Source of the DNA: Octopus vulgaris
Lineage: Eukaryota
Assembly: GCA_951406725.2 (NCBI GenBank)
Contig: OX597825.1
Coordinates: 43,152,001-43,216,000 of the forward strand
Length of the DNA: 64,000 nt
Reading direction: 5' to 3'
Part shown: positions 49,427 to 60,700 of the stretch, one piece after another
Position numbering within the stretch: the stretch's first letter is position 1
How the letters are laid out: each line of letters starts with the position of its first letter
Position numbers and translations under genes: made by a program
The notes under the pieces: model-generated
Told to the model about the DNA's origin: nothing
Database searches by the model: none
What the model saw: the letters and a program-made list of their open reading frames with translations, nothing else

Positions 49427-52400
49427 GTATATGTATGCACCTCTGTCTCCTTGTATGTGCATGTGTGTGTGTGTGTGTTATGTAACAATGTACCATGTTT
49501 GTATGTATGGATGTGTATCTTTATATGTGTGGATCCGTGTCTCCATATGTGTCTGTTCATATAGTATATATACCTAGAGTTACCCCAAAATTCGCCACAC
49601 ATAAAAAGATCAAAAAAATTGATTGTCTGTCTGAAATTGATAAAAACGTTCTTAAAGTTAAGATGGAGGTTAGGACAATACAACAACATCCCACACACAG
49701 ATAACGACAACAACCACATCATTCACACCACTACCAACAACGTCACCCATAAAAATAACAATAGAAACTACACAAGCACTACCACCACCACTATCGCCGC
49801 CGCCACCAACAACAACAATACCGGCAACTATAACAACAACCACAACGATAATAACACTCTACACTCTGTCTTCTATAACCCTAACAACAAATCTTATGAC
49901 ATGACGAGGATCTATCCCACAGACTTACCCTTTAACAAAAGACTATGTATCCCACCCCAAATTGACAGTGAAGCAGAAGCAAAGATCTCCTTAGCTAGAA
50001 ATAAACTCCGACACATCTTAGATCAATACAACAAATCCACTAAAGGCCTACAAAAACTAAAACAGCGAATTGGGAACAAAGAATTAGTGTGCCTCCCTAC
50101 TGACAAGTCTGGCAGACTATCAGTCGATAGCCCACAGAACTATGTCCTGACCATGCAACAAAATATCAGTAGCATGAGAGAAGTTGCACCACAAGAACAT
50201 GAAAGAGTAGAAAAATTCCTCAATGCAAACATGGGAATGTGGTGCAACATACACCAAGGACGGCACACAATTTCCAGGCATCCACCAATGATGTTCCTAC
50301 ACAAACCCTACATAAACCCTGTCGCAAGGCCCCCAACCAGACCAGTTTGCGGAGCGAACATCTCCTGCAACTATAGACTGTCCTACTTCCTCTCACAAGT
50401 ATTGCAACCTCTCATAGAGATGTCTCCTGATGTCTGTATGAGTACGGAAGATCTCCTCAGTAAAATCAGTACTTGCAACCACACCAACGACCTCACAGGT
50501 TGTATAGTGGGTAGTATGGATGTAATTTCATTGTACCTATCTATAGACATAGATTTTCCTGTGGAGAAATGCATTCAAGCAATCTGTGAAAGTGAAGTGG
50601 AATTCCGTAAGGTCAACACCAGGGAACTGGGCCTCCTCCTCAGACTATGCGATGACAATAACTATTTAGATGACCATGACCTTAGTAAATTCTGCCCCAC
50701 TAGGTCACAGAGAGATAGACCACCCAGCGGTGAAGAAAAGCACCACAGAGCGCTGGAGTGGCTGGACCGCACCCACGCAAAACCCTGCGAACAATAATCA
50801 GGTGAGGGAAATGATGGCATATGCAATAGGGACCAGCGGAAAAACCACCTTGAAAAACCACATAGTAAAGTTTAATAAAAAACTATACATGCAGGTTCAA
50901 GGTGCAGCCATTAGTGTAGGAATAGCTGGAGATGTGGCTGGCCTCTTCATGACCTGGTGGGGCAGAAAATTTAAACAAATGTTAGCAGAACAGTCCATCA
51001 CCCTTCTACTCTACAGTAGATATGTAGATGACATAAACATAATAGTTAGAACCAACTCTAGTGACGATAATGTAGAGACTGAGAAGAACGTAATGGAGAG
51101 TATCCAGCAAATAGCTAACTCCATTCACCAAAGTATCAAGGTAACTATAGATTACCCCACTAAGAAACCTAACAATGGACTCCCTGTACTTGATACTGAA
51201 CTTTGGTTAGAGACTGTGAACAATAGAGTGCAGCTCCTCCACTCTTATTACATGAAATCTGTAACTTCAAAATATGTTGTTCACAAGAACACAGCTTTGT
51301 CACACAGCATGAAAATTAACATACTAATAGCAGACCTAGTTAGAATAATGAACAATGTGTCCCCACTATGCGAACACACATAGAAATTACATAAAACGTA
51401 AGTAATGATAACTGTTCCAACTGTTTTTAAAAATTACATGAACTCATGTTTGCTTAGTATTACTTACGTTCATTCAATGTGCTGGATGATATAATCTTAA
51501 AAACAAACTTAAATGCCAGCATTATATATTTGTTATACAAATACGTGAACTTCATACACCGCATGCAGTTCTCTGGATATGATCAGAAAGATAGGGTTCG
51601 TGTATACAGGGGGGGGGGGGTGCTACAAAGAAATTAGATAACATTATACGTAACGATACCAGTGGTACCTGCCCTAGATATAGAAACAAAGAATGGAATA
51701 GAATACAAAGAACTTGTGACAAAGCAAACAGGGCGAACACGTGGTATAAAACCGACAAATATCAAGGAGTGATGTTTGTAGAGGCCACAGCCCATGGAGA
51801 ACTAGCCCGTAGATTTAGAAAAGCTTTGAAGGAGACCAAACTCAACATTAAAATTGTTGAAAAGCCAGGGAACTCCGTCAGATCACAACTATGTAGGACG
51901 TACCCGTTTAAGAATACCATATGCACCAATGATAACTGCATGGTAAGTAGAATTAGCCCTGGTATTAACTGTAGAAATCGAAATGTAGTTTACAGCATAA
52001 GATGCATAGAAGATGCTTGTAAGGACATGAACATGATGTACATAGGGGAGACGTCTAGGAGTATTGAGAACGGATAAATGAACATCTAAGACAATATGAC
52101 GACAGAAAACAGTCCTCCATACTCTGCCAACATGCCAAAGACCACCATGGAGGCAACTTGGGTCAACTTGACATTCGCATCTTATCCAAGCACCCAAAAG
52201 ACCCAACACTCAGACAAATACGGGAGTACGTCCTTATAAATGAAACCTCCCCAATATTAAATAGGAAATATACACAATAAATACTATACCTCCATACCTC
52301 CATACCCACAGTTTAGACAGGTAGAGTAGAATAGTTAGTGGACTGTCAGGTAGATAAATGTATGTATGTATGTGGGTGTGAGTGTGTATGCATGCCTTTT

Positions 52401-53150
52401 TTGTTAATATTTATTTTTTTATTTTAATATTTTTTATATTTTTTATATTTGTTTATTTTTTATTTCTGTATGTAAGCATTTAGATATGTAAATAAACAGA
52501 TCAATATACAGACGGATAAGTATATAGACTATATGAACAGACATATATGGAGACACGGATCCACACATATAAAGATACACATCCATACATACAAACATGG
52601 TACATAGTTACATAACACACACACACACACAGACATGCACATACAAGGAGACAGAGGTGCATACATATACAAACACATGCTCACTCACACATACATAGAA
52701 AATAAACAAACACGGACAGGCAAGCACATAAATATGCAGGATATGTACATACAGATGCACACACATACATACATACATATGCATACACACACAAATATAC
52801 ATACATACACATGCAAACACACACACACATACATACGTAAATGCATGCATGTCTAGGCACACACACACATACTAACCAACTGACCCACACACATGCGCAC
52901 AATCAAACAAAAGGGAACGCAGTGTAAATAACGGACAGAGTCAAAACTATTGAAAAGGTTGCAAGACGTAACGTAAATTTTAGAAAATAAAAATAAATAA
53001 GTGTAAATTTTACCGGTGAGTGTGTTAAATAATAAGGCACTAAAAGAGAATGACTCTCCCCAGACACAACAGAATATGCTTCAACACACGAACTCATATA
53101 AAGAATCTTGCAAACCAAATCCAAAAACGAAATGTATTTATATATTTCTT
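49420..53150 (+). mobile_element. Near full-length Penelope-like element (Naiad-like) with an inverted copy of its 3' UTR at the 5' side
   Basis: About 49420-49572 is the reverse complement of about 52520-52677; RT and GIY-YIG lie between. Confidence 0.88.
49619..52280 (+). pseudogene. PLE RT plus C-terminal GIY-YIG polyprotein with frameshifts and a 175-bp insertion
   Basis: PTDKSGR; RPVCGAN; GSMDVISLYLSI; QVQGAAISV; SRYVDDI; LPVLDTELW; FIHRMQFSGY; CxxxxC..NVVYSIRC..C..YIGETSRS; QHAKDHH; RQIRE. Confidence 0.93.
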
Positions 53151-53154
53151 CTAG

Positions 53155-53625
53155 TTTCAGCTCATAGCTGTGTCCTGATAGCTGTTGCAGTAGCTGAGCT
53201 GTTGCAAAGAGACGATTTTCTTTGTGAAGCTTCGCTGAATTTCTTCAAGGTCCGCTGTTAATTTTACTGTTTGCGTGACCATAGCTGGGATCAGTAATCC
53301 AGGCGATTGAGGACGAATGTCCTCCACAGGAAAATCATGGTTCTGAATGTTCTTAGGATCCATTCAGCGAGTCGTCTGCACTTTGTCGCGATCCTGGTAA
53401 TGTGCTCTTGGAAAGAGGTATCATCACTCATGTCGAAACCCAGGTCCCTCACTGATTTGGGCTCTGGGATTGTAATTCCCTGTGGACCAATGTAGCCTGT
53501 AAGTTTCATATTCAGTTTTGGACGCTGGTAGCGCAAGTCTTGGAATTTTTCAGTATTAAACTACATATTATTTTCTTCAGCCCATCAGTAAACTGAGTCC
53601 AACTCCTGCTGCAGATGTTCTGTAT
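53155..53625 (-). pseudogene. CR1/L2-type LINE RT C-terminal fragment
   Basis: WAEENNM.FNTEKFQ; VRDLGFDMSDDTSFQEHI; WILRTF; FVLNRLDY.SQLWS. Confidence 0.88.
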
Positions 53626-53784
53626 TTTCTAAAATGTTCGTTATTTCTATATTGAATCAATTTCGGAATTAATCTCATAGATTTTTCCCTCTTCAGTAGA
53701 AAATATGATAAGAAATAAATTAAATACTTACATGCGCACATGGAGAAAAACCGAAGTAAATGTCTGGCATGGAAATAATTTATG

Positions 53785-53817
<33 letters not shown>

Positions 53818-53989
53818 AGTTAAAGGACAACGAGAGAAAGGCACTCCACATATTTATTGGGAGTTACATGTATGGATCAAACAGCTTGATTCAAATTGAT
53901 TCAAATTAGCCTGATGCTAATCTTTAGCCACTTTGAATTTGAATGAAAGCGCTTGATTGTTATTACTGTAAGGAGTGCTGCGATCGGTC

Positions 53990-54720
53990 GAAGATGGTCA
54001 CATGGTGTCATGGTTTTATGTTGATATACCCGAATATCAGTGTCTGTAGATGATTGGGAAACACCGCATGGTGACAGGAAATCGACCACATGGTGAGCGG
54101 AAAATCGACCGCGTCGTGTACAGGAAATCGGTCAGGCTGTTGGAAGGGACGTAGGAAGGTGCAGTTTTCGCAAGTATATAGTTGTATGTGCGGGTGAGTG
54201 GACGTGTTAATATGGTTTTGCGTGTATTGATGCGAGTGTGCACATCTGTAATAGGTGCGCATGTGCACGCTCACACGCACACTTACACACACTCACACGC
54301 AGACACACATATATAGATATATGAACGGACTTGCGCACGCACACACATACCTGCGCACACATGTACATGCATACACATGCACGCCCACACGCACATATCC
54401 ACACGTGTATTCATTCATATGTATAATGGATGCATGCATACAAGCACTCATGTATATTACAGGGAAAACCCGCATGTATATTAATGTCCACATGCAGACC
54501 CGCGCGTGCGCGCATGCATAAGTATAAAAGCGCGTAATAAGCGTTATGGTTTGGTAAGCATTGGAAATTGGTAAGCGTTGGGGATTGGCGGGTGTTGAGG
54601 ATTGGCAAGAGTTGAGGATTGGTAATTGGTCCTTCTCATGGTACTGGTCAGTGTCGGTTACCTTGGTGCAAAGTAGCAACTGGTAATAAGGAGGTATATC
54701 AGAGTTTATATATTGAGAAA
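53990..54720. promoter_or_regulatory. Promoter-like CpG-enriched region with tandem GGAA/E-box units and phased CCAAT boxes
   Basis: Three 22-24-bp units at 54067-54134; ATTGG at 54560, 54567, 54584, 54601, 54618, 54625; NRF1-like TGCGCATGTGCA near 54256; TATA-like tttatata near 54705. Confidence 0.4.
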
Positions 54721-57700
54721 AGCCATGAGGAAATAACTGAAATGTGTTAAACTTAAGTAATGTAACCGTGTAAAGCGCGTCTTTCTCTGTTCACTTCTTG
54801 CGAGTGACTGAAGCTACACAGATGCAGGAACCTCTCTGTAACTGAAGTGGTCTAAACTTTGCCAGATGTTTCTTTCTCAAAATTACACAAATTAGGTTAA
54901 ACATGGCAGTCTATTTAAACACCACAATTAATAGTAATAATAAAAGACCAGATTTAAATTCTAGCATAATGTTAAAATAACATGATCGATATTTTGAAGA
55001 AACTATACGTATCTTTTTTTTTTTTTTTTTTGTAATCAGCAGGTAAAACTTGATCAAATTTCAACCAATAAACTTAGAAGAACTTTTGCTCGCAGACCTG
55101 TGTTATTTTCTGTATTTCAGATTTCGAATGTTAAAAAAAATTGATTTTTGAAAATGTTACGAATAAACACAACACTCCCAGAACATTTCTCACAAGTTTT
55201 TATTTTAAAACAGATTATGTTGTAGCAATCTCCACGAATATCTATAAAATTGTGTTGAAAATATAATATGTGCATTATATAATGCGAGGAAAATACAATC
55301 CTCTACAATTTGAGAAGAGACCAGCAGTTATGTTCGAGAAATTTCCCATTTAAAGTCCTTTGGTTATTTGAAGGATGGAATTCAAGTTATCTAAACTGTT
55401 AAAGTGTATTTGACACTATTTTATTGTTGCGTTCGGCATCTGGCATATTCTCACGATATCTCATCATGAATTCAATCATACAATTGCTAAGAGGTTTAAA
55501 AGGTATAAATGAATTAAAGAAAGAATCTAAAACAGCTTGAACAATAGTTGCAAAATGAAATATGTAATGAATGCTATTGATTTTAGTGTTTCCTCATTAT
55601 ATTTCTAATCCGTTTCCTCTATGGATGTCATACTGAAATTTTAGTTGTTGTTTTTCCTTTGGTTACAGAAAATTTAGGATTAGAGGTGAGAAGGATAGGA
55701 AAATCATGAACAGTGAAATAATTACTGTGTAACATTAATAAGGTTACATCGACTGCCAAAAGTTATTCACCATTTCGCACTTACTCTTCATTATATTCCT
55801 TTAAATTTAAAGTGAATTCCTTTAACACTGTTAGATAATTTAGGATGTCAATTCACATATAAATTGAAGTATAAGAAGTTTATATATTTTAAACTGAGTA
55901 CATGCATATTTTAACACATTTTACATGATGTTATATAAATCGGTATAATCGCAGTGGCTTCTTTCAGCAATGGATTACAAACATTGGATGGAAAATGATG
56001 TCAGTACAACTTTGTACGATTTGGTGTTGGATGATACCTTGTTTTTTGTTAACTTCACTGAGTTATCAACAGAGAATTCTGACAATCTACCGTTTCAAAT
56101 GGCAATGCAAAGTCCATTACTTGAAACTCTTTAAATTATCCGATTTACCGCACACAGAGCTGATATAGGAAACAGTTGATATTCGTTTTAATTTATTTGG
56201 CAAATTAAGGAGTGAAAAATTCAAAGGAAAATACATAATGTAATAATGACATTTTTACGGGCGTCCTTATCACGTGCCACTTCAAATATCCGAAACTGTC
56301 AAGAATGTTGATTAAAGTATTCCCAAAGCATTGTCGAAACGGCGTTTCATCTTTGCTCCTTTTTTTTACGAACTACTGAAAAATGAATATATACTGTAGA
56401 CATTAATATTACATAAATATTATTGAAGATTGAAATTAAACACGCACACCTAAAACTAGAATCAGCTTTGTTATGCAGCAACAGGGGCTGTAAAAGAGGC
56501 ATTGTAGTACACGTATTCAGTGTTTAGGAAAACAGAAGGCTTGGGCGTTAAAAGAGATACGAAAAAATGCATCTGAGCCAGAAATTGCAATGGGGTGAAT
56601 AGTCTTTGCAAATCCTCTAGTTGGATGTAGTGTTACGTTTGCTGGTTTAACGGTATTGCTTCAGCATTTAAGTGCTATAAGTGCTAGACGCATCAGGGAA
56701 GTGCAATATATTTTCTTTTACAGGTGATGCAAAGGTATTCTATTTCTAATGATGGGAACTATGTATTATTTAAAAATACTTTCAAAGTTTACGTGCATGT
56801 GAACAGATTATGTTTAATGTGAGTTGCTTATGTTTTCGTGGATGAAGACCAGCATAGAGAGAGCTGTAACTTGTGGTATTATTTACATAGAAATTCCATA
56901 TGTTTGCAAAGACAGCAAGTGGGAGTTATGTAACAGAGAAATAGAATAACATACGTTGTAAGAAATAAAAGACTGATTGGACCATAGTATAGATCATTTA
57001 GGAAGAAGCTTCTTTTTTAACGGATTGATAATACTGCATGCAATAACAGTGGCTACGCTATATATCAGTGGAACAATAATTAACTGAAATAAAAGAGAGT
57101 AAATGCTCAATGTACCTGAAAATTGAATATTTGCGACGTTGGTCATGGTTAATAGATCGAAACTGATGATCGAGAAATTTGTTTACAACTGTTTCCATCA
57201 ATTCCTTTTTTGTGTATGTGTATGTTGCTAATTAGCAGTGTTAAATGGATTTCCCTTACGTGGTTTCATAAATGAAAAAATAAATCTCTGTGGATAAATA
57301 TTGAATTGCTTGATAAAAATACCACAAGCTGTGGAATGCAATATTTGATATTAATAGAAGAAATGCCGTAACAAGAGATCATATTGGGCGGAAGTGATCG
57401 GATGGATCTTAACACTTGAAAATATGAATACGTTGTGGTATGTTAATGAAAGTAGAAAACATAATTTTATGTCTGCTCTAAATTGAAAAATTAAACGATA
57501 GTTTAATGTGCAGGAGGTGCTATATTCAAAGTTATATTGCAGGATTCGTAAAGGGTAGATGGATAATTAAGGTTCATAGACGATATGTCGATTAGCGCTA
57601 AGTGGGAGGGCTAAATGTAGAAGAATAGGCTACAGAGATTCTTCGTACGTAGATATCACATTTCGAAGTGAAGTAAAATATAGAATTTATGGACAAGGGA

Positions 57701-60700
57701 AATATATGTAGTCTATAGGTGAATCTTACAGAAGATTACTTATTAATAGCAGCGTTTTGCCGTAGAGTAGGGTTAAATTGTTCAGTAGTCTACTTAACGT
57801 TCCTATATTTAAATGTTTACATCATACTTGTGTGTTTGCTTCAGTGATCATGATTTTCCATTAATATGTATATCGAAATAATTAAATGGTTCAGCAAGTA
57901 ATTAATGTAACCCCTTTCCAGTGCGCAAAAGGCAAAATCTACACTATCTGGTGTGGAATATTTCACTAAACAACGACTCAGGTTTTGCATGTCTATCTTC
58001 TGACAAATAGTGACACTACGCAACAGAATCTCTAGTCAATATGCTCATATATGCAATAGATCATAAACTCTGGCTCTGGTTTTAATGTTTCTAATTCTGT
58101 CTGAACATATTAGATAGAACACGAGGTAGAGAGTCGGGAGAGGATCACGAAATGTATCAGTGGAATTAGATATGATCCTTTGGAGGGAAGAGCCAGGAAA
58201 AAAATAATAAAAATGATTGCATTATGTTACTTACACTATTCGTTTTAATCATAACCATATTTTTGGCGATTAATATTTGCATGAGTTATTTACATGAAAT
58301 AAATCATGAAATACTTTTGGTTAACACCTTGAATATTTTGGATTAAATTCATTTAAAAAGAGAGGAGAGAGAACACCATCAAAACGGAAGTTAGAGGAAA
58401 TTATTATAGTTATGCCATGAAGAGGATAGAAAGGGACAAAAAAAGATATTTTCCCCTTCTAATGAATTCAGCTGTGTTTAATCATACTGTGAATTAAGAA
58501 GTTAATTTTTGTGCAAGAGGAAGTTTTAATTTTGCAATAATATGGATGGCTACCTTTCTCACAGCTACCTTTTATAGAACGATGACATGAAATTTTACAC
58601 CATTGTACGATCGATTTTAACGTGAATGTTTCCGACGAACTGTATTTGAAAGCAAGTTTCTTTATGAAGATAATATCTACGCAAATTCTTATCTATTCAA
58701 TAACTTGATGAATATTGTCCGTACACATTTCCATATGAACTATCTTGGTTTCGTCGTGTGATGAAAATCTAATAAAGGATAATTTATTTGAGATGCATTT
58801 TAGGGGATTTTGAAGAAGAAAAATATTTGGTAAGATACCGAGGAAAAGAACGCTGAATATTTTCACTGAGTTGCTTTTTTAGTAAGGTGGTGGCAAGTAA
58901 TCTGCGCACATTCTGTTGAAATATACTGTTCGTGAATGAAAGCATAAAGTGTTTTCATGGTTGAATTCACAGATATCTTGGATAAAGAAGCTATAAAAAT
59001 GTTATCGTTCGTCAGTTTCGTTATCTCTACTTACACAGTTAGCCTGTACATTTCAGTCCTCTCTGCCTAACTCAGTTGAAGCGTACAGGCTAAAGGGCGA
59101 AAAGCTTGTAATCACGAGAAACCGGCTGACAGGAGTGTTTCCAGTATTGCAACGGATTTAGAAAGAGCTTGCATATTATCTTCACTTAATACTACTGTTT
59201 AAATATGCCGCGCAGAACAAAGCGTAGTGTTTTCGTTCCTTTTGTCTTAAGCTGGTAAATCAATAGCGTACTTTCATCGAAAATTATTTGGTTATTTCTT
59301 CATTTTTTACTTTTTAAAACTAATTTATTGTTTAATAATGTAATGTTTTAATTTTTTGTGTTATATATATCTTACAGAATTTTTTCACTGAAGATAAAAG
59401 AAATAATCTGCAACATAGTTATGGTATTCTATCCTTCTTCGTTTATAAAGAAAATAATGTCAGCATTATTCAAACACATCAAAATATCCTTTAGATATCT
59501 CTTATAAGCTGATTAGGTAATAAATAGTTTTAATTTCAGGTAAATATTTTGTTATAGCGCTGAAAATATGGTACCTCTTACTTGTTTGTTGGTTGCAGGA
59601 GATATTCCAAAAAGTATCCAGCTACATGCGTTCAATTTCGATCTCAGGAAAAGTAAATAGCTCACTGTATTTGAACCTCATAAACCTCAGTTATAAATGG
59701 TTCTTGTTTTTCAACTTATCGTCGTTTTTAGCTAGATGTCTTGTTAACGTGCACCAGTTTCTTCAAACAACGAGCATTTTGGATTATAAATAATGTTTCA
59801 TGGTATTAAAATGTTCAATGTTCACGTAATAATGACTTCTCATATGAAATGTCATGAATATTTTGGAGGAAACAATCCAAATAAAGTGTGCAGCTAGGGC
59901 ATCGATGTGTGTGAATATTTTGATAATGTCAAAATATAGACATGATCCCCACCCTCCATTGATTGAATAATTCATTTTTATATAAATCCAAGGAAGCACA
60001 TAAAACGAGTTCGAGACAAAAAACCTACATATTAAAGGGGTTTTTTTTTCAGTTTTAGAAGCTGTCATTCTTTTAAAAAGCAGTTCTTTTTGATTATCGT
60101 CATGAAAAGTCTTTGAAGGACAATTTTTCCAAAATATACTAAACAAATATGGCTTTAACTAAAAAGCGACGGATTTTTAGCATTAGTGAACCATTGGTGA
60201 TCACTAATACTTACCATAGAAACTGATTTTCTTTCTAAGAGTTTACTAAATACATCAGAAAAAGCATTAAGTCATAATGGGACACAAAAGATCAATTTGA
60301 TAAATGACTTGGTGTCAAGGATTTACTTATAACCTATATATGTGTGTATATGCGTGTGTGTTGCATATATGTGTGTGGTGTGTGTATGAGTGCAGAGTGT
60401 GCATACACACATATATTACGTAAACGAGAGTTTCCTATCCAAAAGAAAAATATTGCTTTTGCCAGACTATGTTACTATGATTTTGAAATATTATTTTACA
60501 TTTACTTAATTTGAATATATACAAGATATCTTTTAGATATAAGCTGATTAAGCAATGAAAGAAACGCCAACGTCAAAATGAATCATTCACTCAATCACAG
60601 AGAGCAATATGAAGGCAACTTTTTTCCCTGGCTAGAACACACTGGGAACAATTACGAAATGATGGACGTTGTCAAGATACTTACTCCGGTAAGATACATG

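Noticed and set aside
57160-57187. CTGATGA-TCGA-GAAA hammerhead-like string
   Set aside because: Only 4 nt lie between the core boxes, so no stem II can form, and there is no PLE context.
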